Shown here in pieces: positions 54,267-64,000 of a DNA stretch of 64,000 nt (the stretch's first letter is position 1; every line of letters begins with the position of its first letter). Source of the DNA: Sulfurovum sp. GTDB lineage: Bacteria; Campylobacterota; Campylobacteria; Campylobacterales; Sulfurovaceae. Location of the stretch: contig JANTGA010000001.1 in assembly GCA_024763175.1 (NCBI GenBank), positions 32,767-96,766 on the forward strand, written 5' to 3'. The notes under the pieces are model-generated. The model had not been told where the DNA came from. It saw nothing but the letters and a program-made list of their open reading frames with translations, and searched no databases. The position numbers and the translations under genes were made by a program.

Positions 54267-54725
54267 TCAATCCAAAAATTCAAAAAAAGCACGCTGTCCA
54301 AATTTCATCGCCAGCATTTTGGCGCTGGCACCCTTTTGATTGATGATTGTCTGATCTGCGCCCTTCTGGGCGAGTATTCTGCCAAATTCCGGTTTGGCAT
54401 CGATGATCGCTTCCATCATAGGGGTCCAGCCGACAGCATCAATATAGTCGATATCTGCTCCCTGGTCAATCAGATAGTTGAAAATATCCATTTGACCATA
54501 ACGGATCGCATTGTGCAGCAGCGAAGAGCCAAAATCACCCGATTCGCTGCTGTTGACACTGTAGTCTGCTTCGATAAATGCTTTGACCATGTCGAGGTCA
54601 CCTTTTTTGATAAAGTGTGCTACGACTTTGAAGGTATCTACATGATCACTAAATCCCGCCTTTTTCAATTCGGACTCTTTTGTATCCAGAAAGGGGTATT
54701 TTGCTATCAAATTACTTAAGTTCAT
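54267..54725 (-). CDS. Ankyrin-repeat protein
   Basis: About 152 aa with ANK repeats (SSLLHNAIRYGQMDIFNYLIDQGADIDYIDAVGWTPMMEAI...). ATG 54725 has an AAGGAA RBS; the ORF track starts at GTG 54770. Confidence 0.8.
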   Translation of the reverse strand: MNLSNLIAKYPFLDTKESELKKAGFSDHVDTFKVVAHFIKKGDLDMVKAFIEADYSVNSSESGDFGSSLLHNAIRYGQMDIFNYLIDQGADIDYIDAVGWTPMMEAIIDAKPEFGRILAQKGADQTIINQKGASAKMLAMKFGQRAFFEFLD

Positions 54726-54828
54726 TTCATATTCCTTTTTATTTGGCCCAGAATAGACTATAGCGTTCACCCAAGCCTAAATTATTTTTGAAATTATAGC
54801 ACTATTGGGGCAACAATCCAAGATCGTG

Positions 54829-56181
54829 TCAAAGCAACCCTTGCCAGAAGGTATAAGCGATCGTAACAATCAGGGCAATACCCAGAATATTAAACACCAG
54901 GCCATATGCTGCCATTGTACGGATCGAAACGACTCCTGAGCTCATCGCAATGGCATTGGGCGGGGTGGCGATAGGGAGCATAAAGGCATAGGAGGCACAG
55001 ACAGTCGCGACCATCATGATCAAAGTAGCATCAATACCGGTTTTTTGTGCCACCTCATAAAGGATAGGAAGCATGATGGAGATCAGCGCTGTGTTGCTGG
55101 TGATCTCTGTCGTGAAGGTTACGATTGTTGCGACGATCAGGACAAAGAGGATCAGCGGTATGCCCGAAAAGGCGACCAGATGTGAAGCGATCTCACTTGC
55201 CATCCCTGTCTTGGTAAAGGCTGTCGCGATGGAGAAGCCGGCGCCAAAAAGAAACATGATACGGTAAGGAATATTCTCCTTGTCTTCCATCCAGTTGAGG
55301 ATCGAAAAAGGCGGTGCAAAGAGGAGCAGTCCGGCAGAGAGGAGAATCACAGGTTCGCTCATACCCAGTCCGCTATAATAGGGCTTGATCGGTGCATTGA
55401 TCAGGAGGAGGAAGATCAGGCCAGAGATCACCCACAGGACTTTTTTTTGATTCCTGTCCAGAGGTGGAGTCGAAAGGTCTGTTTCAATCGCGTGATCTTT
55501 GAGTCCAAGACTCAGGATATACCCCACAATTGCAAACATGACGAAAACCAGCGGTGCCACCATCCCCATCCATTGCGCAAAAGGGATCGCTTTGAGTCCA
55601 AACTCTTCCATGATCCCCATCAAAATAAGGTTGGGCGGCGTCCCGATAGGTGTCAGTATCCCACCGATACTCGCACCATAGGCGATCCCCAGTGCCAGGC
55701 GCATCTTGATCTTAGTCTTGTCAGTCAGGAAGAGTGCGATAGGAAGGAGCAGCAGTGTGGTGGTGGTGTTGGAGAGTACCGAGCTGAGCAATCCCGAAGT
55801 GATGATCAGGGCAAAGATAATACCACGCACACTGCTGGGGAAAATTCCCAGCATTTTTGTTGCGATCCATTTGTGCAGTCCGGTTTTTTCGACTGCGATT
55901 GCGATCAGGAAGCCGCCCAGAAAGAGGTAAATGATGGGATGGGCATAGTTGACCGTCGTCTCCTTCGTCGTCAGGATACCCGCAGCCGGAAAGAGGACAA
56001 TGGGCAACAGCGATACCACAGCAAGAGGCAAGCCTTCATTGGTCCACAGTGCCACCATCAGAGCCACAAAGGCAACCATCAGTGACTGCTGAAGCGTAAA
56101 GAAAGTGATCATCAACCCAAAGGCAATACCGCCTACCGCAAGTGCCAATAAAATTTTTTTTGTTTGCTCTGCCATACTCAT
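54829..56181 (-). CDS. DASS/SLC13-family Na+-coupled di/tricarboxylate or anion symporter (SdcS/INDY-like)
   Basis: About 450 aa and polytopic, with LWTNEGLPLAVVSLLPIVLFPAAGIL and SNTTTTLLLLPIA, the hairpin (SNT) motifs of the family. Confidence 0.85.
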   Translation of the reverse strand: MSMAEQTKKILLALAVGGIAFGLMITFFTLQQSLMVAFVALMVALWTNEGLPLAVVSLLPIVLFPAAGILTTKETTVNYAHPIIYLFLGGFLIAIAVEKTGLHKWIATKMLGIFPSSVRGIIFALIITSGLLSSVLSNTTTTLLLLPIALFLTDKTKIKMRLALGIAYGASIGGILTPIGTPPNLILMGIMEEFGLKAIPFAQWMGMVAPLVFVMFAIVGYILSLGLKDHAIETDLSTPPLDRNQKKVLWVISGLIFLLLINAPIKPYYSGLGMSEPVILLSAGLLLFAPPFSILNWMEDKENIPYRIMFLFGAGFSIATAFTKTGMASEIASHLVAFSGIPLILFVLIVATIVTFTTEITSNTALISIMLPILYEVAQKTGIDATLIMMVATVCASYAFMLPIATPPNAIAMSSGVVSIRTMAAYGLVFNILGIALIVTIAYTFWQGLL

Positions 56182-56346
56182 CAATTTTGCCTTTCTTTGC
56201 TATTTGGTCTATTCTACTTTACTATTGTGCCCTCAAATGACTTAAAAGTTATACAGTATAGCCATATGAGAAATAATTTACTTATATTTCAAAATAAATT
56301 TAGATTTTTAGAGTATGATTGTTTACCTTAGTAGAAAGAAGTATAT

Positions 56347-57810
56347 ATGTCACACCATCCCCTCAAAACACACAAAGAGCACATTATGCAAATCGCAGTT
56401 TTTCTCTTTGGCGCTGTGATTTGGTTTATGCCGGTTCCTTCGGATCTGGAGGTATATGTCAGTATGATGCCTGCGTCCGATCTCATTTTCACGGCACAAA
56501 CCTCCTGGCACCTCTTTGCGATTTTTATCGCTGCTATTTTTGCCGTTATCCTCAATACAATGCCCATCTTTGCCTCTGCTATACTGGGTGTTTCTGTAGC
56601 TATTCTCACGGGGACACTGACAGCCGATCAGGCATTCAGCGGTTTTTCCGAAGATTGGATCCTGCTGATCATCGTAGCCTTTCTGATCGCCCGTGGCGTG
56701 ATCAAGTCGGGCTTGGGAAAACGGATCGCCTTCCTGATCATTCGACGGTTTGGAAAGACAAGTCTGGGTCTCTCCTACTCTGTCATCGCAGCAGATATGT
56801 TCATCGCTCCAGCCTTTCCGAGCAATACAGCACGATCGGGCGTACTATTCCCGATCGTCAACGCCTTGGCGGCAGACAGTGGCTCCAAAGTTTCGGATGG
56901 TACGCGTAGAAAACTGGGTTCTTATCTGATGATGTCTTCGATGGCGGGACTCACCATCTCCTCATCTCTCTGGCTCACTGCGATGGCGGCCAATCCCGCC
57001 GGTGCCAAAATGGCTAAAGATTTTGGTGTTGAGATCAGTTACAGTTCCTGGGCTCTTGCTGCTATTGCGCCTGTTTTGGTGCTCTTCTTTTTGCTGCCAT
57101 GGGTTATCTTGAAGGTCTATCCTCCGGAAGTCAAAGAGACTCCGGATGCACCCCAAATCGCCCAAAAAGCCTTGGATGGGATGGGCCCCGTACACAAAAA
57201 TGAAAAGATCATGGCTGCTGTTTTTGTCGGCATGGTGGGACTCTGGATCGCATCCTCTTTTGTTCCGGGCCTCAACAAAACGGCAGTTGCATTCCTGGGG
57301 CTTGCTATCTTGATGCTGACCCATATCTTCACCATGAAGGATCTTCGTGGCGAAGGACAGGCACTGGGGACACTGGTCTGGTTTGCCATCCTCTATGCGA
57401 TGAGTGTCTATCTCAACAAATTTGGCTTTATGGGATGGATGGGTGAAAATGTAGCCGTCATGATCGACGGGCTCTCCTGGCCGGTAGTCTATGTCGTGTT
57501 GACCCTGGCCTATGTTCTGATCCACTACTTCTTTGTCTCTCAGACAGCTCAGATGCTGGCACTCTTTTCGGTTTTTCTCGGAGTTGCCGTCGAGGCAGGT
57601 GTGCCGGCGGAGATGATGGCGCTGATGCTTCTTTTTGCGACCAATTTCAACGCAGTCATCACGCCGCAGGGCTCCTCTGCCAACGTGATCTATGTCGGTA
57701 GCGGTTATCTCGAAGCAGGGGAGATCTATCGGGTCGGCGGTATCGTGACGCTGGTCAATACCTTTGTGTTCCTGACAGTTGGTACTGCCTGGATGATGCT
57801 GATCTTGTAA
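56347..57810 (+). CDS. DASS-family dicarboxylate translocator, DiT1/SodiT1 (2-oxoglutarate/malate)-like / CitT-TtdT subgroup
   Basis: 487 aa. [76 protein letters not shown] closely parallels the plastid 2-OG/malate translocator sequence as I recall it. The start may be ATG 56386. Confidence 0.85.
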   Translation: MSHHPLKTHKEHIMQIAVFLFGAVIWFMPVPSDLEVYVSMMPASDLIFTAQTSWHLFAIFIAAIFAVILNTMPIFASAILGVSVAILTGTLTADQAFSGFSEDWILLIIVAFLIARGVIKSGLGKRIAFLIIRRFGKTSLGLSYSVIAADMFIAPAFPSNTARSGVLFPIVNALAADSGSKVSDGTRRKLGSYLMMSSMAGLTISSSLWLTAMAANPAGAKMAKDFGVEISYSSWALAAIAPVLVLFFLLPWVILKVYPPEVKETPDAPQIAQKALDGMGPVHKNEKIMAAVFVGMVGLWIASSFVPGLNKTAVAFLGLAILMLTHIFTMKDLRGEGQALGTLVWFAILYAMSVYLNKFGFMGWMGENVAVMIDGLSWPVVYVVLTLAYVLIHYFFVSQTAQMLALFSVFLGVAVEAGVPAEMMALMLLFATNFNAVITPQGSSANVIYVGSGYLEAGEIYRVGGIVTLVNTFVFLTVGTAWMMLIL

Positions 57811-57823
57811 GAAACGATAACTC

Positions 57824-59305
57824 TCAGTGCTCGCAGAGAGATTTGCTGATCGCGTTGAGCCTGCTTGGTTTTTGCATCAGATACGTATCCACCGCTCTGG
57901 CACATTCGCGTCCTTCCGCGATCGCCCAGACGACCAGGGATTGGCCGCGACGCATATCACCGGCTGAGAAGATGCCCTTTCGGGACGTTTCATATCGCGT
58001 GTCGGTCTGGACGTTGCTTCGTTTGTCTGTTTGAAGTGCGAGTTCTTTGAGTACGCCGTTTTGTTCCGGCCCCAAAAAGCCCATCGCCAGCAAGACGAGA
58101 TCGGCTTTGAGTACAAATTCGCTGCCCGGAATCTCCTGGAATCCGCCCAATACTCCCGGAGATTTCTCCTCCCACTCGATCCTGACACAGTTGATCCCGC
58201 TGACGTGACCCTCTTCATTTTTGATAAAAGATTTTGAAAGGATGTTGAAATCCATTTCGCACCCTTCGGCCTGTGAAGTTGAGAGACGAAAGATCCTGGG
58301 GTAGAGCGGCCATGGCATCTGCTCTGTCCTCTCGTCGGGCGCCTTGGGGAGAAGCTCGATCTGGGTGATGGAAGCTGCCTGCTGCCTGACTGAAGTACCG
58401 ACACAGTCTGAGCCTGTATCGCCGCCGCCGATCACGACGACATGTTTATCTGTTGCCAGGATCTCTTCATCTTCTGCTATCGTGTCGCCTTCGATACGGC
58501 TGTTGTTTTGTCCGAGGAACTCCATCGCAAAATAGATCCCCTTGGCATCACGGTTGTCGATCGGTAAATCTCTTGGCAGCGTGGCGCCTCCTGCCAGGAT
58601 AAGCGCATCGAAGTTTTCTGCCAGTTCACCGGCCGAAAGATCCACACCGATATGAGCATTGGTGACAAATTCTATCCCTTCCTCTTTCATAAGGTCGACC
58701 CGGCGCTGGACGACAGCTTTTTTTTCGAGTTTGAAGTTGGGGATACCGTATCGCACCAGTCCACCGATCCTTTTGTCCCGCTCATAGACAGTGACGCGGT
58801 GGCCGGCTTTGTTGAGTTGGTTGGCTGCCGCCAGTCCGGCAGGTCCGGAGCCTACGATCGCTACTGTTTTTCCGCTGCGCTTTTTGGGCGGCCTGGGCTT
58901 CATCCATCCTTTTTGATATGCTTTTTCGATGATGGCAAGCTCAATATTTTTGATCGTAACGGGTTTTTCGTTGATTCCCAATACACAGGCTGTCTCACAG
59001 GTCGCCGGACAGACGCGTCCGGTAAATTCCGGAAAGTTATTGGTGCTCATCAGCGTTTTGAAGGCATCTTCCCATTCACCGCGATAGACTTGATCGTTGA
59101 ACTGCGGGATGATGTTGGCGATAGGGCAGCCGTAGTCACTGTGACAAAAGGGCACCCCGCAATCCATACATCTGGCAGACTGTTCTGCCAGTACCTCCTG
59201 GGAGGGTGCCTTGGCAAACTCATTGTAGTGCTTGATACGCTCCTGCACCGGAGCATATTCGGTATCTTGTCTGTCAAACTCTTTGAATCCTGTTATTTTT
59301 CCCAT
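57824..59305 (-). CDS. gltD: Glutamate synthase small (NADPH) subunit
   Basis: 493 aa with N-terminal Fe-S cysteines (CMDCGVPFC...CP), [10 protein letters not shown] and GGGDTGSDC. Confidence 0.95.
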   Translation of the reverse strand: MGKITGFKEFDRQDTEYAPVQERIKHYNEFAKAPSQEVLAEQSARCMDCGVPFCHSDYGCPIANIIPQFNDQVYRGEWEDAFKTLMSTNNFPEFTGRVCPATCETACVLGINEKPVTIKNIELAIIEKAYQKGWMKPRPPKKRSGKTVAIVGSGPAGLAAANQLNKAGHRVTVYERDKRIGGLVRYGIPNFKLEKKAVVQRRVDLMKEEGIEFVTNAHIGVDLSAGELAENFDALILAGGATLPRDLPIDNRDAKGIYFAMEFLGQNNSRIEGDTIAEDEEILATDKHVVVIGGGDTGSDCVGTSVRQQAASITQIELLPKAPDERTEQMPWPLYPRIFRLSTSQAEGCEMDFNILSKSFIKNEEGHVSGINCVRIEWEEKSPGVLGGFQEIPGSEFVLKADLVLLAMGFLGPEQNGVLKELALQTDKRSNVQTDTRYETSRKGIFSAGDMRRGQSLVVWAIAEGRECARAVDTYLMQKPSRLNAISKSLCEH

Positions 59306-59317
59306 GATCTGGCCCCC

Positions 59318-62300
59318 TTAAGCTGTAACATCTTGTTCGTCTTTGACCCGTGCGAGATGCGCCAAAACACGCTTGTAGTCTACCGGCATCACTTTTATAA
59401 AGTGTGAGCGGTTCGTATCCCAGTCATCCAAAAGGGCGCTGGCCTCTTTGCTGCCGGTGTATTGGAGATACTTGGCGACCATCCCTCTGACTTCATTTGC
59501 TTCTTCCTCTGACTCGATCCTGTCGAGATCGACCATACCGGTGTTGATGCGCTGCTTCAGGCTGTCGTTCACATCATAGATATAGGCGATACCCCCGCTC
59601 ATACCTGCGGCGAAGTTCTTGCCGATCTCACCGAGTATCACGACACGGCCGCCGGTCATATATTCGCAGCCATGGTCACCGATGGCGCCGACGACGACTC
59701 TGGCGCCGCTGTTTCGTACACAGAACCTCTCGCCCGCCAATCCGTAAATGTACGCCTCTCCGCCGGTCGCACCGTAGAAGGAGACATTGCCCAGGATGAC
59801 ATTACTATTGGCTTCGAACGTTGATGCTTCAGGCGGATAGAGGATCAGCTTGCCGCCGCAAAGACCCTTTCCGAAGTAATCATTGGCATCGCCTTCGAGT
59901 TCAAAGGTAATGCCGCTGTTGACAAACGCGCCGAAACTCTGGCCGCCGCTTCCGGTTGCTTTGAAGTGGATCGTATCATCAGGCAGCCCCTCTTCGCCAT
60001 ATTTTCGGGTCATCTCCGCCGAGAGGATCGTGCCGACGGTTCTGTTGATATTTCTGATCTGTATCTCCTCTCTGACGGGCAGGCCGCTGAGGAGGGCAGG
60101 GGCGGCCAGTTCGAGCAGCTTGTGATCCAGTGCTTCATCGATATGGTGATCTTGTTGGATCGTCTTGTGGCCGGAGTCACTGTTGCTGATCTGCATCCGA
60201 TAGAGCAGTTTGTCCAGTTTTAAGTGTTTGGCCTTCCAGTGAGTGACATGCTCTTTTGCTTTGAGTTTATCGGCGCGGCCGACCATTTCATTGATCGTTC
60301 TAAATCCAAGTTCCGCCATGATTTCACGCAGCTCCTGCGCCATAAATTTGACATAGTTGACGACATGCTCCGCTTTGCCCCTGTATTTTTTTCTCAGCTC
60401 GCCATCTTGTGTAGCGATACCGACGGGGCAGGTGTTGAGGTGGCATTTTCGCATCATCACACAGCCCTCGACGACCAGCGCACTGGTGGCGATCCCCCAC
60501 TCTTCAGCACCCAGGAGTGTCGCGATAGCCAGATCCCGTCCGGTACGCAGCTGCCCGTCTGTCTGGACGGTGATCCTTGATCTTAGGCCGTTTTTGACCA
60601 GTGTCTGATGCGTATCGGCCAGCCCCAGTTCCCAGGGGAGTCCGGCATGCTTGATGGAGGTTTGAGGCGAAGCGCCCGTACCGCCGTCATAACCCGAGAT
60701 CAGGACAACATCGGCATGGGCTTTGGCGACACCCGCAGCGATCGTACCGACACCCACTTCGGAGACCAGCTTGACATTGATGCGCGCATGGATATTGGCA
60801 TTTTTGAGATCGTGGATCAACTGTTTCAAATCCTCGATCGAGTAGATATCATGATGCGGGGGCGGGGAGATCAGTCCGACACCTGGAGTCGAATGTCTCG
60901 TCTTCCCGATGATCTCATCGACTTTGTGTCCGGGGAGCTGTCCCCCCTCGCCGGGCTTTGCGCCCTGTGCCATCTTGATCTGTATCTCCTGGGCATTGAC
61001 GAGATAGTTGGCTGTGACGCCGAAGCGACCTGAAGCGACCTGTTTGATCTTGGAGTTTTTCTCGGTACCAAACCTCGCAGCATCTTCCCCGCCTTCACCT
61101 GTATTGCTCTTGGCGCCGATGGAGTTCATCGCGATTGCCAGTGTCGTGTGCGCCTCTTCGGAGATGGAGCCATAGCTCATCGCACCGGTAGCAAAGCGCG
61201 TAATGATACTCTCTACGGACTCGACTTCGTCGATACTGATCGGATCTGCTTTGTCAAACTCCAGAAGACTTCTGAGAGTGAGATAGCGTTCATTGGGTTC
61301 ATTGATCAGTTTGGCGAACTGCTTGTATGTCTCATAGTCATTCCTTTTGCTCGACTGCTGGAGAAGGAAGATCGTTTCGGGCGAGAAGAGGTGGTTTTCG
61401 CCTCTTTGTCTATAAGCGTACTGCCCGCCGACACCGAGGTCATTGGCTTCGATGATCTCGTCGGGATAGGCGATTCTGTGGCAGAGCAGCGTCTCCTCTT
61501 CGAGTGTTTCGATCCCGATGCCGCCCAGTCTGGTAGCGGTACCCGTAAAGTACTGATCGACCAGCTCCTGGTTGAGTCCGACTGCTTCAAAGATCTGCGC
61601 GCCGGTGTAGGAGCGTATGGTGGAGATACCCATCTTGGACATGACCTTGAAGATACCTTTGCCGATCGCCTTGATATAGTTGCCGATCGCCTGCTCGTGC
61701 GAAATCTCTTCCCGGATCAGCGCGCGCTTGCGCATATCTTCGATCGTTTCAAATGCCAGATAGGGATTGACCGCATTGGCGCCATATCCGATCAGTGTGG
61801 CAAAATGGTGGATCTCCCTGGCTTCTCCGCTCTCTACGACAAGGCCGCAGTTGGTGCGGATGCCTTTTTTGACGAGGTGCTGGTGTACGGCGCTTGTAGC
61901 CAGCAGCGTAGGGATGGCTGCTTTGTGCTTGCCGGTACCGCGAGTGGAGAGGATGATCACCTGATATCCCTCTTTGACGGCTTGCTCCGCTTTGTCTATG
62001 AGGGTATCAAGTGCGCTTTGCAGCGCGCCTTTTTTGTCCGCATCAAAGAGGATTTTGATCGTTTTTGCTTTGAAGTTCAACTCACTGACTCCCCTGAGTT
62101 TTTCGAACTGTTCATTGGTCAGGACAGGGTGGGGGAGTTTGATAAATTTTCTCTTCTCGTCTGCTTCCTGGAAGAGATTTCCCTGCGGCCCGATATAAGC
62201 TGTCAGAGACATGACGGACTCTTCCCTGATCGGATCGATGGGGGGATTGGTGACCTGTGCAAAGAGCTGGTGAAAGTAGTTGTAGAGGTTGATGGACCGA

Positions 62301-63838
62301 TGGGAGAGTACCGAGAGTGCCGCATCGTTACCCATCGATCCTGTCGCTTCGTACGCTTCGTTGGCCATCGGTGTCAGGATCATCTTCATATCTTCCTGGG
62401 AATAGCCAAAACACTTTTGCCTCTCCAAAATCGTGGCATGATCGGGCTGTTTGACTTCGCAGTTCAGGGGCAGGTCATCGAGATTGATCTTTTGTGTGTC
62501 GACCCAGTCACCATATGGGTGTGCTGTCGAGATCTGCGCTTTGAGTTCCGCATCGCCGATGATCCTGCCCTCTTCGAGGTCTGCCAGGAACATTTTTCCG
62601 GGTTGCAGTCTGCCTTTGAGGACGATCTCTTCAGCAGGAAATTCCAATGCCCCCTGTTCGGATGCCATCACCAAAATATCATCTCTTGTCACGCAATAGC
62701 GTGAGGGCCGCAGGCCGTTTCTGTCCAGCGTCGCACCGATGATCTTGCCGTCGGTAAAGGCGATCGATGCCGGGCCGTCCCATGGCTCCATGAAGGTCGC
62801 ATGATACTCATAAAATGCCTTTCTCTCCTCATCCATCTCCTCATCCTTCCACGCCTCGGGAACCATCATCATCAACACATGCGGCAGTGAGCGTCCTGCC
62901 AGCGTGAGCAGTTCGACGACGTTATCGAGTATGGAGGAGTCAGATCCGCCGGATTCATTGATCAGGTAGGGGTAGATTTTGTCCAGTTCGTCCCTGGTGA
63001 AGAGTTTGGAGCGGAGCATGGACTCTCTGGCGCGCATCCAGTTGATATTGCCTCTGAGGGTATTGATCTCGCCGTTATGCGCCAGATACCTGAAGGGCTG
63101 CGCCAGAGGCCATGTCGGGAAAGTGTTGGTAGAAAATCGGCTATGCACCAGTGCGATGGCCGATTCAAAATCGGGATCATTCAGATCGGCGAAGTAGCCA
63201 GGAAGCTGGTCAGTGATCAATTGACCCTTATAAGAGAGTGTCTTGTAGGACATCGAAGGGATATAGAAGTATTCTGTACCTCTGAGAGGTGATCGTGAGA
63301 CCAGTGTTTGTGCGTGTTTTCGGATGACATAGAGTTTGCGCTCAAAGGCATCGGAGTCGATCGTCTCTGCTTTTTTGACAAAGACTTGATAGATAGAGGG
63401 CTCGACGGCTTTGACCCGTTCGCCCAATGCCCTGTTGTCTGTATCGACTCTCCGCCAGCCCAGGCACTCCTGCCCCATCTCTGTGATGCACTGGCTGACG
63501 ATCGCTTCGCATTCGGTATGTGCCTGGGGATCTCTGGGCAGAAAAACAACACCGACACCATAACTGCCAAACGCCGGCAGATCAATGCCTTGTTCTTTGG
63601 CTTTTTTGCGCATGAAGCGGTCGGGCATCTGTGTCAATATCCCGGCGCCGTCACCGGAATTTTTCTCGGCACCGACTGCTCCGCGATGCTCGAGGTTGGT
63701 CAGGAGCTCGATCCCCTTTTGGACGATATCATGGGATTTTTTGCCTTTTAGCTGAGCGACGAAACCAACGCCGCAAGCGTCATGCTCGAACTGCGGGTCA
63801 TAGAGGCCCTCTTTTTTGGGTAGATACTCTGGCTGCAT
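59318..63838 (-). CDS. gltB: Glutamate synthase large subunit
   Basis: 1506 aa with the N-terminal Ntn amidotransferase (HDACGVGFVA), central, FMN (GEGGE...) and GXGXG C-terminal domains. Confidence 0.97.
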   Translation of the reverse strand: MQPEYLPKKEGLYDPQFEHDACGVGFVAQLKGKKSHDIVQKGIELLTNLEHRGAVGAEKNSGDGAGILTQMPDRFMRKKAKEQGIDLPAFGSYGVGVVFLPRDPQAHTECEAIVSQCITEMGQECLGWRRVDTDNRALGERVKAVEPSIYQVFVKKAETIDSDAFERKLYVIRKHAQTLVSRSPLRGTEYFYIPSMSYKTLSYKGQLITDQLPGYFADLNDPDFESAIALVHSRFSTNTFPTWPLAQPFRYLAHNGEINTLRGNINWMRARESMLRSKLFTRDELDKIYPYLINESGGSDSSILDNVVELLTLAGRSLPHVLMMMVPEAWKDEEMDEERKAFYEYHATFMEPWDGPASIAFTDGKIIGATLDRNGLRPSRYCVTRDDILVMASEQGALEFPAEEIVLKGRLQPGKMFLADLEEGRIIGDAELKAQISTAHPYGDWVDTQKINLDDLPLNCEVKQPDHATILERQKCFGYSQEDMKMILTPMANEAYEATGSMGNDAALSVLSHRSINLYNYFHQLFAQVTNPPIDPIREESVMSLTAYIGPQGNLFQEADEKRKFIKLPHPVLTNEQFEKLRGVSELNFKAKTIKILFDADKKGALQSALDTLIDKAEQAVKEGYQVIILSTRGTGKHKAAIPTLLATSAVHQHLVKKGIRTNCGLVVESGEAREIHHFATLIGYGANAVNPYLAFETIEDMRKRALIREEISHEQAIGNYIKAIGKGIFKVMSKMGISTIRSYTGAQIFEAVGLNQELVDQYFTGTATRLGGIGIETLEEETLLCHRIAYPDEIIEANDLGVGGQYAYRQRGENHLFSPETIFLLQQSSKRNDYETYKQFAKLINEPNERYLTLRSLLEFDKADPISIDEVESVESIITRFATGAMSYGSISEEAHTTLAIAMNSIGAKSNTGEGGEDAARFGTEKNSKIKQVASGRFGVTANYLVNAQEIQIKMAQGAKPGEGGQLPGHKVDEIIGKTRHSTPGVGLISPPPHHDIYSIEDLKQLIHDLKNANIHARINVKLVSEVGVGTIAAGVAKAHADVVLISGYDGGTGASPQTSIKHAGLPWELGLADTHQTLVKNGLRSRITVQTDGQLRTGRDLAIATLLGAEEWGIATSALVVEGCVMMRKCHLNTCPVGIATQDGELRKKYRGKAEHVVNYVKFMAQELREIMAELGFRTINEMVGRADKLKAKEHVTHWKAKHLKLDKLLYRMQISNSDSGHKTIQQDHHIDEALDHKLLELAAPALLSGLPVREEIQIRNINRTVGTILSAEMTRKYGEEGLPDDTIHFKATGSGGQSFGAFVNSGITFELEGDANDYFGKGLCGGKLILYPPEASTFEANSNVILGNVSFYGATGGEAYIYGLAGERFCVRNSGARVVVGAIGDHGCEYMTGGRVVILGEIGKNFAAGMSGGIAYIYDVNDSLKQRINTGMVDLDRIESEEEANEVRGMVAKYLQYTGSKEASALLDDWDTNRSHFIKVMPVDYKRVLAHLARVKDEQDVTA

Positions 63839-64000
63839 ACAATAACTCTTTCGTTTTCAATTTAGCAATTGTACGGTATTTGAGATATATGACAAGATAT
63901 TTACGAAGCAGTTCCTCCCAAAACCCCCTGAGTGAGCCCTGGAGAAACAATTTTGGTATCAAAGATCACTTTTGGGAGCTCTTTTTTGTCAGGGTAAACG

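Noticed and set aside
61148-62704. A 518-aa plus-strand ORF, with several further long plus-strand ORFs between 59883 and 63751.
   Set aside because: It lies entirely antisense to gltB, whose 1506-aa product has unmistakable glutamate synthase motifs. The antisense translation is low-complexity (Arg/Leu/Asp-rich) with no motifs. Long antisense ORFs are an expected artefact of codon bias.

Overview
This 64 kb window looks like chromosomal DNA from a Campylobacterota (epsilonproteobacterial) genome. That placement is an inference from gene order, chiefly atpHAGDC running straight into tolQ-tolR-tolA-tolB-pal-ybgF, and from the protein sequences; a Sulfurovum/Sulfurimonas-like organism is only a guess. 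All calls come from reading the ORF translations for motifs I recognise. No database search was run. Most of the window is densely packed housekeeping DNA: F1 ATP synthase, Tol-Pal, many peptidoglycan-remodelling genes (L,D-transpeptidase, BON-LysM protein, FtsEX-EnvC, AmiC-like amidase, MltD-like, RlpA, PBP2), fabD, mtnN, a TtcA-like protein, rluD, trmB, pyrH, rpoZ-spoT, tyrS, hisB-kdsC-lptC-lptA-engB, ybeY, queC, hisG, PPK2, two DASS dicarboxylate carriers and gltBD. Three stretches look accessory. (1) 15.5-20.4 kb holds an AT-rich three-gene operon that I cannot assign to any family: a charged coiled-coil protein, a tandem ACP-like protein and a signal-peptide beta-rich protein. It lies divergent from a DUF2235 (Tle1-like) hydrolase fused to a PA-IL/LecA-like lectin domain. 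This is my best candidate for an undescribed system. (2) 34.4-38.6 kb is a decayed mobile island carrying a gene fragment, a DUF1778/GNAT toxin-antitoxin pair, a possible integrase remnant and an intact IS1634-family element. (3) 46.7-49.6 kb holds an orphan KpsS-like capsule gene and a CAP-domain protein ending in two nearly identical FG-GAP repeats. I found no rRNA, tRNA or CRISPR array. Start codons chosen among alternatives are flagged in the evidence fields.
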